This document shows positions 46,385 through 56,860 of a stretch of DNA of 64,000 nucleotides, in pieces (the first letter of the stretch is position 1; each line of letters starts with the position of its first letter). The DNA is from Clostridia bacterium (GTDB lineage: Bacteria; Bacillota; Clostridia; UMGS1810), in assembly GCA_045539515.1 (NCBI GenBank), contig JAZQFN010000065.1, forward strand, positions 3,429-67,428. The letters run 5' to 3'. Under the pieces are notes generated by a model. That model made no database searches, was not told the DNA's origin, and was given only the letters and a program-made list of their open reading frames with translations. Position numbers and translations under genes: made by a program.

Positions 46385-48925
46385 TCAGTATAATAGCTTT
46401 ATTGGTCCAAAAAGTCCGCTTGGTAATGAATCCTCGTGGAAAATCTGACACTTTTCGTGGTACGGTGTAAGCATCCAGGAAGCCCATTTGTCAAAGGCTT
46501 TAGTGTAGTAATATTCGTTTGCCGCCGTATTGGACACTCTTACTTCAAGTTCATTATATTCCTTAATGTCTTTGATATCAAGTGTAAATTTGTATGGCGG
46601 CATCACCTTAACTCCTACAGATTTACCGTTTACAAACACCTCGCAGGTGTAATTTACCTTGCCAAGGTCAAGCATAAGCTTCTTTGCCCCTTCGGGTGCA
46701 GGGAAGCTTGTTTTGTATACAATGCTTCCCGAGAAGGATTCCCCTGCAAAGGTGCGCCAGTCGCCTAAAGTAATGCTTCTCTCTTCTTCGTTTATATCCT
46801 TACTTACGGCATAGAGCTCATCCAGAACAAACTGCTTTGTTTTCTTTGCAGTATAATTGCCGTCTAAAATAGATTCCTTTTCATATACGGTTACTTCATC
46901 CGTAGCAATTTCATCATCTGTATACATAAGTACGAACATTTCGCCGCTTTCCAATGTGAAGGCGGTTTTTCCGTCTTTAACTTCCGGCTTTGTGATTTTA
47001 CCATCGGTTAAGTTTATGAGATATACACCGTCTTGTGCACTTACGCAAATATCTTTTGCACTTACGGCTTCGTTAGATATGTAATACAGCTTGGCATTTT
47101 CTGCATTTCTCTGCATAAGTCGGATACCCTTGGTATCACCCGCAAAGTCCAGAGGTGATTTAACTATATCCCATACATCGGCACAAAGTACACAGCCCGA
47201 TATTTCCCTGAAAGCAGCTTCTGTGGTAGCAATCACCCTACCGCCGCCTTTAATAAATTCGCCAAGAAGCTCCTTAGCCTCTTTTGCCATATATCTGCAG
47301 CTTGTAATTACAAGGGTAGTGTAGCGGGCAGAACCCATATCTATTACACCTTTTTTAAGCATATCGCGGTCTGCAAGAAGGATTACATCGTCGTCAAATA
47401 TATCAAAGGGTATCTGCTTATCCTCCATACCAAAGCCCACTCTGTCGTATTCTCTTACCTCTTCGCCCTCGGGTTCGTATACATAGAAGTCCTTTACGGG
47501 AAGATAGAGAGCTACATCGGACACATCTTTACCTACAGAGCATACATAGCTTACACGTTCAAGATATTTGTTGAAGTATTTATAATCGCATAAGCAAGCA
47601 TACTTTTCTCTGAGATAAGGAGTTTCACCGACTCTCTGATGCCCCTTCTCCTCGCCATAGGGAGTAAGCATCATATTGAAGATATTAATTCCTCTGATTG
47701 CCTGGAAGTTAACTACATAGCGTGTTTCATCAAAGGTAAGACCGAAGCCGAACACACCGCAGGTTTCGGTAACGGAGCGGTCACCGCCTATCTGGGATGC
47801 TGCAGAGGAAGCATACCTGGGAAAGAAGCGGTTTTCGCAGAAAACGTTGTCGTAGTAATAGCTCTTTTCACCACGGAAAATCTGACGCCATATTACATCT
47901 ATGCCGGGCACATCAAAACAGCGCATGGCACGCATTATGTTGAAGTTACCGCCCTGAACGGAGCCGTGGGGCTTGTGGTCTATGTCAAGGTGACCGAGAA
48001 ATGCCATTTCATGCTTGTTTGACCATTCCTTGCAGGGCATCATAAAGTTATTACAGAAAAGGTGTGAACACATATCGTACCAGGCTATTACAGCTTCTCT
48101 TGACTTTTCGTCCTGAGGAAGTCTGTGTCCTGCAAGATAAGGAAGATACGGTCTTATGCTGTATCCCTGCTCCTTTTCAAACTTTTCCTCAAGGTCGGGT
48201 CTGTAGGGTATGGGTCTTGGAAGAGTGGGTTCATCGGTAAACACAGCCTTGATGTGGCTTCCGAAGTCCTCGCCTATGTGCTTTTTGTATTCCTCATGGG
48301 TCATTTCGATAAATGTATCTGTAGTTTCCTTTAAGGATATATCAGGAAAATCACTGTGTCCTGCCCAGTCGTAAAGTGTGGGTTTGGAATAATAAGTTGT
48401 AACCTCTGTATCCTGCATAAAGGTATATCCGTCTTCTACTATACCACCAAGACTTGTAAAAGCGATTTCATCATTATTTTTTACATAGGTTTCGCCTGTG
48501 GCGTAAAGCTTTGTTTCATAAGTAAGGCATTTTCTTGCATATTCGGGATGCTCTGCAAGCACTCTGCCGCAGGCACCGCCGGAGGGCCAGCCGCCTTCAT
48601 CATAGAGCCAAAGCTGTATGCCAAGCTCCTTTGCCTTAGCTGCCGCATAGGCATAGTGCTTCATATAATCCTCGCCAAGGTACTCGGTATACATGGTGGT
48701 GGGGATACCGCAGGGGCTGAAGTTGCAGGGCTGTGGCAAAACGTACAGAGTCTTTACTCCCATTGATTTAAACTCATTGAGGCCCTTGTCGGTAGCTTCA
48801 AAGCTCAATTTTGAATTCCAGAGCCATGCAAACACCGGGGTGCAATCCACAGGTACATCATTAAACTTGTCCTGAGAAAACTTTTCCTCATAGTCAAAAA
48901 ATACGTTGTTATCTGTTTTTTTCAT
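46385..48925 (-). CDS. Glycoside hydrolase, GH106-like (putative alpha-L-rhamnosidase), with C-terminal jelly-roll domain
   Basis: LWLYDEGGWPSGGACG motif. C-terminal GH2-sugar-binding-like block (GDWRTF..FSGSIVYKT...CEVFVNGKSVG). ATG at 48925 follows GAAGGAG. The family call is from memory of motifs only. Confidence 0.5.
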   Translation of the reverse strand: MKKTDNNVFFDYEEKFSQDKFNDVPVDCTPVFAWLWNSKLSFEATDKGLNEFKSMGVKTLYVLPQPCNFSPCGIPTTMYTEYLGEDYMKHYAYAAAKAKELGIQLWLYDEGGWPSGGACGRVLAEHPEYARKCLTYETKLYATGETYVKNNDEIAFTSLGGIVEDGYTFMQDTEVTTYYSKPTLYDWAGHSDFPDISLKETTDTFIEMTHEEYKKHIGEDFGSHIKAVFTDEPTLPRPIPYRPDLEEKFEKEQGYSIRPYLPYLAGHRLPQDEKSREAVIAWYDMCSHLFCNNFMMPCKEWSNKHEMAFLGHLDIDHKPHGSVQGGNFNIMRAMRCFDVPGIDVIWRQIFRGEKSYYYDNVFCENRFFPRYASSAASQIGGDRSVTETCGVFGFGLTFDETRYVVNFQAIRGINIFNMMLTPYGEEKGHQRVGETPYLREKYACLCDYKYFNKYLERVSYVCSVGKDVSDVALYLPVKDFYVYEPEGEEVREYDRVGFGMEDKQIPFDIFDDDVILLADRDMLKKGVIDMGSARYTTLVITSCRYMAKEAKELLGEFIKGGGRVIATTEAAFREISGCVLCADVWDIVKSPLDFAGDTKGIRLMQRNAENAKLYYISNEAVSAKDICVSAQDGVYLINLTDGKITKPEVKDGKTAFTLESGEMFVLMYTDDEIATDEVTVYEKESILDGNYTAKKTKQFVLDELYAVSKDINEEERSITLGDWRTFAGESFSGSIVYKTSFPAPEGAKKLMLDLGKVNYTCEVFVNGKSVGVKVMPPYKFTLDIKDIKEYNELEVRVSNTAANEYYYTKAFDKWASWMLTPYHEKCQIFHEDSLPSGLFGPIKLLY

Positions 48926-48951
48926 AATAGTGTTCTCCTTCATAGAATCTT

Positions 48952-51900
48952 TTACTGCGGACGCACAAAAACAATATAGGGAATTATCGAATAGTAACCC
49001 CCATCTTCATTGTATAGTACAACCGTGTCGCCCGCTTTAAATTTTGCTGTATACATATTGCGGAATGAATCAATCTCAGTAACCGCTCCTGCCGGATCGG
49101 TCCTCTGTGCCTTATATGGGTCCTCTTCAAGATATGTATATCTCCAGGTGGGGTCTTTCTCACAGAAGTTTACTTCGTACTGTGAAAAAATCATAACCTC
49201 GCAGTCGCAATTCACATTGAAGCTAAACCACGGAACGGAATAATCTCCAAAGGCAAATCTGTAAGTTTTGCCGTCCTCAGCTTTATAAAAAGTTTCACAA
49301 CCGTAAAAAGCCGATTTAATCCAAGTAGATGTATTATCTTCCTGCGATATTCCCGGGTCAGGTGCAATAAGATATGCACCCTCAAGATTGTATCTCTTGT
49401 TAATCCAGGTAAATTTTCTCTGACTGTTAAGACCCGTGAGCCTTCCATCGGTTTCCGCAGTAAAAATTTCATATCTAGACGGAATACGATGCCGGCTGCC
49501 TTCGGGAGTAAGATAACCCACATCCAAATCCACGTCGTAAATGCTTTCCACATAATCACAATATTCACTATAATCCATACCATCACAAATATATGTAAAG
49601 TTTTCTATGTGGCTGCGGATTTCCTCTGCCCCTTCAGGCAGTATAAAATTAATTGTATACACTCTTTCTGCATCAGCAAAGGCTGTTTTCACCTTGGCAA
49701 AAGCTGTTTTTTTGTCAGCACTTACAGTATAACTTGTAGTGACATAACACGAATTATTCACGGCTATTCCCTTTACAACAGGAAGTATGCCGTCTGTATC
49801 CAATATGTAATCATAATCATATTTATCGCCGGAAAAATCCGCAAGTTTAATATCATCTACAATAATTTCCTTAAGAACCGGAGCACCATTTACTGTTGCC
49901 GATTGAACTTTTGGCGCAATGTTATGAGAATCCAGAATAAATGCTTTAACCGTATTCCCGGTATTTTCTATCCTTACGGGCTTTGATATAATAACCTCTC
50001 TGTCACTTATCAGTCTGTAATTATCAACATTTGAATTTACAAGATTACCGGCGGAGTCGTGCTGCGCTAATGCCAGGGATATTTCATCCCTGCCTGCAGC
50101 TGCTACATTAACTTTTGCATATATCTCTTCTCCTTCGCGATAAGAAGTAACCACTTCGTCGGAATAGGGACTTTTTACAAATTCAACATAAGAAACCTCT
50201 GTTTCTCGTTCCGGCTCAAATAAATTCTCTTCCGTCCAGGAAGATTTTATTCCTTTTTTTTCGCCCATAAGGCTTATGAAAAACTGTTGCTCATCTTCTA
50301 TGCTGAAGTTATACGGAAAGCTTATATTGCTGTAAACATTGCCATTTATTCTTACAGTATAGTTGACATCTTCGCGGTAATTATCCCATGTCAAGATGGC
50401 TGTACCGTCGCTTTCCTTATTAACTACAACATTTAACGGCATATACTCGTCACCGCTTACAGGCGCATCTTCGTCAAAGGTTAATCTGTAGTTCCCCTTG
50501 TGTGCGTATAACTTTAAGTTGGTATTTGTAAGGGATGCCGTTATGCCATTAATCTCATCGGTAAAAGCTGATGGGTCATTCTCTTTGAGACTTCTTCCAA
50601 AGCTATCTGTAATATTTGAGATATCTTTCGGAAGATATGAACCGATTATATTATTTCTGCGAATGGTAATTTCCGTGTCGTCATCCGAGGAAACACTTAG
50701 CTGCCCTCTGCCCGCCACAAGAGTTACAGGCTCTGTAAATCTGTTTACAGAGTTAAGAGAGGATGCGTTTACCAGCATAATTGAAGAATCGCTTACGACA
50801 AGTGCCGTACCATCAAATATATATTTATTGTCTATGACAACTGAACCGGATTGACCGATGGGAATATATATTACTGTATTTTCATCATCGTTTTGAGGAG
50901 TAATTTTTATATAACCATCAAATTCCTCTGTAATAAAATCATTTTCGCGGTTTACCGACATACATGCTACGATTGTGGTTTTGTATGCATGGTTTGTTCT
51001 GAACATAACCCTGTCTGCAACCGGCTTTAGTGCATAATTGCCGGACGGAGCATATTCTTTGCCGTTAAAAGGACTTATATAATCACCGGAATATTCTCCG
51101 TTTAATCCCTTGGGATATACCATTTCCACATCCAGCGACGAGCCATTATTGCTAATGCTTACATTAGTGCCATCAACAGTCATTGTACCTTCGGGAGAAT
51201 GAAGCCACCACTCATAAGGTTGCATGGCATCATCGCTTAGTTCATCTACTACTATATATCTGTCGGGCCTTAAGTATATAATGCTTCTTTGTGCTTTATC
51301 GATACTTCCCATATATGCATCGGTTGCATCTCCAACAACTGCATCAAAATCATAATGAGTTACAAACTGCTTTATATTGCCTTTGGCATCCATAGAACTT
51401 GTTTTCTGTCCTTGTCCACCCGCATATGTAATGGCATTGTGTGCAAAGGTCTGTCTGGAAAAATTCTTATGATGCTCCGAATCATAATAATCATAATATC
51501 CGCTTTGAGTAGCAAGCTTGTTGCCATTGTCCTCTATGATAAATGCATTTTGATCTGCATGCAGATGATTGTAGGAGCCGTATTCACCAGAATGAAAATA
51601 TAAAGACGTTCTATTCTTATTAAGAAGGGTTGAATGCATAGCTACCATACCCTGATCCTCAAAAAGATGTGCCTTGGGATAATCTATGGGTGCAAGGGTT
51701 TGGGCATCTGCAGTATCTGCATACATTATGGCATCAAAGCTCACTTCATTAAGGGTTGAACCGACTTCCCCTATTCGGTTTCTGAGCCAGTACGCAACTG
51801 GATTATCCGTATGCTTACCAAGCTTTGACAGCCCCATTATATGGTAGTTCGCCGGTTTGTACATACCTGCACCGTCTCCAAAAGAACTCCACGAATTGTC

Positions 51901-53169
51901 CGGATATGTATAGAGTGCCCACTTAAGCTCATTGCGCGTCCAGGCTTTGTCGTAGTAATTTATGTATCCCCCGGCTGCCATTACATCCATAAACCACTTA
52001 TCTCTTGCAAATGCGTATCTCCAGTAGCCTGTACCCTTGCTCCAGCCTCCGTCCTCAACGGACATTGGCGGAACCTGCGCTGTATATAATTCCAGCATTT
52101 GTTTAAAGTAGTTGTCAATACCCTCTATATCGTGCAAAAGTGCCATGCTTGCTATACCGTAATATCCCAAATAGCTCCAGTAATGGGATTCGTAAGGCTC
52201 TTGGCGGAGCTTTTGGAGCTGATAATCTTTAATATAATCAAATCTGCCTGAGAGCATATTGCGGATTGTTTCCAGGTCATCCTCCCTATCCTCTTCAACC
52301 ATATAGTTATACATCCAGTCATATGCCATAGAAGCTCTCATAAGCACGTCAAAAAATGCCTGGTCATTGCCGGCAAGAGCTGAACCGCCATTTTTGTAAT
52401 CCCACGAAGATAGGTGCACAAGTGCATCTACCGCAAAATCTCCATACCGTTTTTTTTGGTCCGGATCATCTGTAAGGTGATAGCACAATGCCGCCTTCTG
52501 TATTTTTGCTCCGAGATTCTGCGAGCGATCGGTTATAGTCTGAGAAATATCCGTGGTATCCTGTTCAAGCCTTGAAGTCATGGCTTTTTTCGTATCAGAA
52601 ATCATTTTTTCGTATATGTCATTACCCCTTGGACTATTTTTTAATTCTTTAAGCTCAGGAGCCCCATCTTCGGTAAAGTATATCCGCGGATGAGTCACAC
52701 TCACAGATGCAATCAACTCGTCAAAATCGGGAACAACAAATTCATATGCTTCAGAATCTATTCTGAACCGCCTTGCAACAGACCAGTCGCTTGCTTCTCC
52801 GCTGGAAGTTATCCTATAGCGTACCGACCACCAATACACACCGGGTTCAAAAGTATAGTTAAAGTTGTAATATGCATATCTGATATCATCTTTTCTGTAA
52901 ACAATATCTGTAAGTGCCTCATCTTTGCAAACTATGACGTCATAAGAATAAGCACCGTCTATCTGAGGCCAGGTAAAATCCGGAGGGTTCTGCATACAAG
53001 CATACTTATGTACAGGTTTAAAACGCGAAGCAAATCCAATTTCCACACTGTGGCTTATAAAAGCCTGCGGCAAAGAAGGCTTTGCCCATACAGCTTCCTT
53101 GTGGGACATAAAAACAAATACTAAAACTAATATAAACAAGAAAATTTTATGAGAATAAATTTTTTTCAT
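48952..53169 (-). CDS. Secreted DUF4962 + heparinase II/III-like polysaccharide lyase (1405 aa) with long C-terminal extension
   Basis: Signal peptide present. NPPDFTWPQ...YSYDV...EPGVYWWSVRY (DUF4962-like). YNHLHADQNAFIIEDNGNKLA..SGYYDYY...AHNAITY (Hepar_II_III-like). Confidence 0.7.
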   Translation of the reverse strand: MKKIYSHKIFLFILVLVFVFMSHKEAVWAKPSLPQAFISHSVEIGFASRFKPVHKYACMQNPPDFTWPQIDGAYSYDVIVCKDEALTDIVYRKDDIRYAYYNFNYTFEPGVYWWSVRYRITSSGEASDWSVARRFRIDSEAYEFVVPDFDELIASVSVTHPRIYFTEDGAPELKELKNSPRGNDIYEKMISDTKKAMTSRLEQDTTDISQTITDRSQNLGAKIQKAALCYHLTDDPDQKKRYGDFAVDALVHLSSWDYKNGGSALAGNDQAFFDVLMRASMAYDWMYNYMVEEDREDDLETIRNMLSGRFDYIKDYQLQKLRQEPYESHYWSYLGYYGIASMALLHDIEGIDNYFKQMLELYTAQVPPMSVEDGGWSKGTGYWRYAFARDKWFMDVMAAGGYINYYDKAWTRNELKWALYTYPDNSWSSFGDGAGMYKPANYHIMGLSKLGKHTDNPVAYWLRNRIGEVGSTLNEVSFDAIMYADTADAQTLAPIDYPKAHLFEDQGMVAMHSTLLNKNRTSLYFHSGEYGSYNHLHADQNAFIIEDNGNKLATQSGYYDYYDSEHHKNFSRQTFAHNAITYAGGQGQKTSSMDAKGNIKQFVTHYDFDAVVGDATDAYMGSIDKAQRSIIYLRPDRYIVVDELSDDAMQPYEWWLHSPEGTMTVDGTNVSISNNGSSLDVEMVYPKGLNGEYSGDYISPFNGKEYAPSGNYALKPVADRVMFRTNHAYKTTIVACMSVNRENDFITEEFDGYIKITPQNDDENTVIYIPIGQSGSVVIDNKYIFDGTALVVSDSSIMLVNASSLNSVNRFTEPVTLVAGRGQLSVSSDDDTEITIRRNNIIGSYLPKDISNITDSFGRSLKENDPSAFTDEINGITASLTNTNLKLYAHKGNYRLTFDEDAPVSGDEYMPLNVVVNKESDGTAILTWDNYREDVNYTVRINGNVYSNISFPYNFSIEDEQQFFISLMGEKKGIKSSWTEENLFEPERETEVSYVEFVKSPYSDEVVTSYREGEEIYAKVNVAAAGRDEISLALAQHDSAGNLVNSNVDNYRLISDREVIISKPVRIENTGNTVKAFILDSHNIAPKVQSATVNGAPVLKEIIVDDIKLADFSGDKYDYDYILDTDGILPVVKGIAVNNSCYVTTSYTVSADKKTAFAKVKTAFADAERVYTINFILPEGAEEIRSHIENFTYICDGMDYSEYCDYVESIYDVDLDVGYLTPEGSRHRIPSRYEIFTAETDGRLTGLNSQRKFTWINKRYNLEGAYLIAPDPGISQEDNTSTWIKSAFYGCETFYKAEDGKTYRFAFGDYSVPWFSFNVNCDCEVMIFSQYEVNFCEKDPTWRYTYLEEDPYKAQRTDPAGAVTEIDSFRNMYTAKFKAGDTVVLYNEDGGYYSIIPYIVFVRPQ

Positions 53170-53218
53170 TGTTTTCTACCCCTTCATTATACATCAAAAA
53201 AATCCCTGATTTGCCAAT

Positions 53219-53272
53219 GTCATTCTGAGTAAATCCAAAGAATCTCCCTTGCAATAAAGATTCCTTAATGAC
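53219..53272. repeat. Degenerate copy of the palindromic repeat family
   Basis: GTCATTCTGAGTAAATCCAAAGAATCTCCC...AGATTCCTTAATGAC. Confidence 0.5.
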
Positions 53273-53302
53273 TCTGACCAATTTTTCGGATATATTTTTT
53301 AT

Positions 53303-53341
53303 ATAAAAAATCTGCGGCACGGCATTTCTGTCGTGCCGCAG
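53303..53341 (-). terminator. Rho-independent terminator between the two lyase genes
   Basis: TCTGCGGCACG...CGTGCCGCAGA followed by TTTTTT on the minus strand. Confidence 0.75.
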
Positions 53342-53368
53342 AACTTTAAAGCACTCTCTTACACAATC

Positions 53369-56300
53369 TTATTCGGATTTTACAAGACCAATCCAGTCAT
53401 AGTTCCAATATGAACCATTTTCAAAAACCTTGATCGTAAAGGTATGCTTTCCTGCTGTAAGAACCATATTGGTATCAATTACCGCACCCTTAAAGTCATC
53501 GGGACCATTTCCACCCCATCCTCCTGTCTGGGGAAGAGTGAAGACATATACCGCATTATTCATTTCTATCATACGTTTAGGGAGCGGATCCATCCACACG
53601 CCGTAACGAAATGCAATATCATAAACACCGTCTTCGGGAACTTCTATCTCATAGGTGATACTATCATTTGTAGAATTCAACTGTGTAATACCTGTGAGGA
53701 AGTCAAGACCGTTTGTAAGTCTTGCCACGCCAACCTTTTCTTTGAAATCTTCTGCCTCCACTTTAGCAGAAAGCCTTGTATTCAGGGCATTCCAGTCGGG
53801 TTCGGCAGTTACATCACAAACATAGGTGGGAACCGATTTTAATTCTACACGTCTGTTTTCGCCTACAAAAGTAATTTCATGGTTTCCTCCAAGTGAAGTC
53901 GCAACTGTCTTGGAAAGCTTTCCTTTTTCTCCAAGGGAAATTTTATCTGCATTTCCGACAAGCAGATAGTTGCCCATCGGTATTTCAACTTCGGCAATTG
54001 CCGCAAGTTCATAGTCAGCATTGTAGTATGCAGGAGCTGAAACAGTCTTCGTAACTCCGTCTATAACCACATCAATGCTTATGTTTTTGCCGGAATCATA
54101 TCCGTGACGTACGGCCTCATTTACAAGAAGTGAATAATGTCCTTTTTGTGCATCCACATACACTTCTCCATTTTCGCCATAGGTTACACCTATACCGGTA
54201 AGCTCCGCCGATACAGGAGATGCACTATCCATAAATTCCTTTACACTTGTAATTTCAGAAATAAGCTCATTGCCTGTGTAAAGAGTAAGCTTATAGTCAT
54301 CCTTGGAAGATACTCCAAGCTGACCTTCGCCACACACAACACTAACGGTATCTTCTGACTCAATGAGCTTAATACCGTACATGGTAAGTAACTTACCTCC
54401 TACCAGCATTATGGTATCCTCATTATAAACAACAGCAGTACCCACAAAGGATATATCACCTGCATTTATAACCTTTTCGTCATCCATGACCGTACTTACA
54501 AGTGCTACTGTGCCATCATCAAATTCAAGTGAAATATAGTCATCATATTTGGTTTCATTTACATATTTATACGGTTCGTCTGCACCGTGAACATTTATGG
54601 TAGCAATAATCTTTGTTTGACTCACACTTTCCGTTTCAAACCATATTCTCTTGTCTACGGGTCTGGATGCAAATTCACCCATAGGCGGAATATTTACAAG
54701 TTCAGGTCCCGAAAAAATGTTGGAATAATACGGAGTCAGCTTTTCCGGATAATGCATTCTGGTATCTGCAGCCATCTTGCTTGCTGTAATATTGATACCT
54801 CTTTTATCATCGTGTATATAAATACTGTTGTCGCCTTTGGTGTTCTGCCACCATTCAAAATTAGCTTTATTGCCAATGGCGGAATTTTGCGCCTTCAAAC
54901 TGTCTATGATAATATATTTGTCAGGACGTATATATACAATGCTTCTCACAAATTTATCCAACCCGCCGTCATAAGCATTTGTTGCATCACCCACAACAGC
55001 ATCAAAATCCTGACTTGTAACAAACATATCCGTGTTTCCGTTAGCTGTCATAGAGTCGTCCGTTTGTCCCAGCCCCATATCATAGGTTACAGAATTATTT
55101 GCATATGTTTGACGGGTAAAGCCCGAATCATGAGTTGAATGATAGGCGTCGTAGTAACCGCTTCTGGCGATAAGTCTTTCTCCGTTAGACTCTATAACAT
55201 AATTGTTTTGATCTGCCATAAGGTGATTGTATGAACCGTATTTACTTGCTCTGAAATAAAGGGAAGTTCTGTTTGTGGACACTATGTCTGAATGCATCGC
55301 CGTGGTTCCCTGGTCTATAAATGTCCATGCTCTCGGATATGACTTGGGTGGTGTGGGTTCTATATCATATCCATCCGAAGAAAGTATGGAATCGTAGGTA
55401 CTACCCCAAAGTGCGAAGCTTCCTACTTTATCTCTGAGCCATGCTGTAACCGGATTTCCGGTGAAATAAGCATCGTCGGCAAGTCCCTGTATAACCCTTA
55501 TGTCATTATTTACAAATGCTGTGTTTGCACTATCACCAAATGAACCGTAAGAATTATGAGGAAACATATACAAAGCCCATAGGTACTGATTCTGATGCCA
55601 TGGTTTTGAATACAAATCCATATATCCATTCTGGGTCAACACCTTGGCAAGCATAGAATCTCGGTTATATGAAAATTTCCAATACTGCGTTCCTTTTGAC
55701 CATCCGCCGTCCTCGTTGGACATAGGCACGTAAGTTGGAACAAACAGCTGCATAAATTCCACAAAATAGTTTTCAATTTCAGGGTAATCATGCATAAGAG
55801 CAATCGCACCTATTGCGTAATTTGACATATACGCCCATATATGAGACTCATATGGGGAATTTCTTATTATATTTAAGGAAGAATCCTTCACTATATCAAA
55901 TCTTCCCTTGAGCATACCTCCGATTTTATTTCTCTGTTCTTCTGTCATATCATTATAAAGCCAATCATACGCAAAAGAAAAATGTGACAAAATTATAAAA
56001 AATGGTTGATCCTGCCATTTGTATGAAGTCCAGCCCTCAACATAATCCCAGTCAGATACATGCATCATAAGTCCTACAGAATAATCAAAATACTTTTTGT
56101 CACCTGTAAATACATATGCCATAGCAGTATTGACAGCATCTGCAGCAACCTTCTGTCCTAACGTAGATGCATTATCTACAGCAGCTCTGGATTCCTCTTC
56201 GTCATCATAGGTCCTTCCTAATCCCGGGTCTTCGGGATATTTTGTTTTTATGGTAGAATCTGCACCGCTTATGATGTATTCAAGAGCTTGTGCTCCGTAT

Positions 56301-56848
56301 TTTGTTTGCGCCTTTTTTAAAAATTCATCCTTTGTTTCTTCTGTAAACCACAACCTTGGATGCGACTTTGGTATCATATTTTTTATATTATCCGCATCGG
56401 GAACTATAAACTCTGTAGCATCGGGATCTATACGAAATCTACGTGCCACACCCCAGTCACTCACCTTGTTACCTATATGATATCGAACTGCCCACCAATA
56501 TGTTCCGGGTTCAAATGTATATGGAAAATTATAATAATGCCATTTAAGACCATCTTCACGGTAAGCAATATCCGTTAGCTGTTCGTCTCTTGCTACTACT
56601 ATGTCGTAGCTCTCTGCACCATTTATCTGCGTCCATGTAAAATCCGGAGGATTCTGCATGCTTCCGTATTTATGCTCCGGCTTAAAAGGCGTCATAGCAC
56701 CGGGATGAGCATTAAGGTTTAAGTGTGTAGCCGGAAGTTGCAGTGTAGGCTTGCTTTCTTCGCCAAATGCTGTAAGAGTGGTACACACCACGATTATAGC
56801 TGCCAAAGCGAGACAGGACAATCTTTTTACATTCAGAATTTTTTTCAT
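53369..56848 (-). CDS. Secreted DUF4962 + heparinase II/III-like polysaccharide lyase paralog (1159 aa) with C-terminal CBM6/35-like module
   Basis: Collinear with the 1405-aa protein through ~aa 750. The C-terminus (VEAEDF...YEIEVPEDGVYDIAFRYG...GGWG) resembles CBM6/35. Confidence 0.7.
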   Translation of the reverse strand: MKKILNVKRLSCLALAAIIVVCTTLTAFGEESKPTLQLPATHLNLNAHPGAMTPFKPEHKYGSMQNPPDFTWTQINGAESYDIVVARDEQLTDIAYREDGLKWHYYNFPYTFEPGTYWWAVRYHIGNKVSDWGVARRFRIDPDATEFIVPDADNIKNMIPKSHPRLWFTEETKDEFLKKAQTKYGAQALEYIISGADSTIKTKYPEDPGLGRTYDDEEESRAAVDNASTLGQKVAADAVNTAMAYVFTGDKKYFDYSVGLMMHVSDWDYVEGWTSYKWQDQPFFIILSHFSFAYDWLYNDMTEEQRNKIGGMLKGRFDIVKDSSLNIIRNSPYESHIWAYMSNYAIGAIALMHDYPEIENYFVEFMQLFVPTYVPMSNEDGGWSKGTQYWKFSYNRDSMLAKVLTQNGYMDLYSKPWHQNQYLWALYMFPHNSYGSFGDSANTAFVNNDIRVIQGLADDAYFTGNPVTAWLRDKVGSFALWGSTYDSILSSDGYDIEPTPPKSYPRAWTFIDQGTTAMHSDIVSTNRTSLYFRASKYGSYNHLMADQNNYVIESNGERLIARSGYYDAYHSTHDSGFTRQTYANNSVTYDMGLGQTDDSMTANGNTDMFVTSQDFDAVVGDATNAYDGGLDKFVRSIVYIRPDKYIIIDSLKAQNSAIGNKANFEWWQNTKGDNSIYIHDDKRGINITASKMAADTRMHYPEKLTPYYSNIFSGPELVNIPPMGEFASRPVDKRIWFETESVSQTKIIATINVHGADEPYKYVNETKYDDYISLEFDDGTVALVSTVMDDEKVINAGDISFVGTAVVYNEDTIMLVGGKLLTMYGIKLIESEDTVSVVCGEGQLGVSSKDDYKLTLYTGNELISEITSVKEFMDSASPVSAELTGIGVTYGENGEVYVDAQKGHYSLLVNEAVRHGYDSGKNISIDVVIDGVTKTVSAPAYYNADYELAAIAEVEIPMGNYLLVGNADKISLGEKGKLSKTVATSLGGNHEITFVGENRRVELKSVPTYVCDVTAEPDWNALNTRLSAKVEAEDFKEKVGVARLTNGLDFLTGITQLNSTNDSITYEIEVPEDGVYDIAFRYGVWMDPLPKRMIEMNNAVYVFTLPQTGGWGGNGPDDFKGAVIDTNMVLTAGKHTFTIKVFENGSYWNYDWIGLVKSE

Positions 56849-56860
56849 AGCACTGCCTCC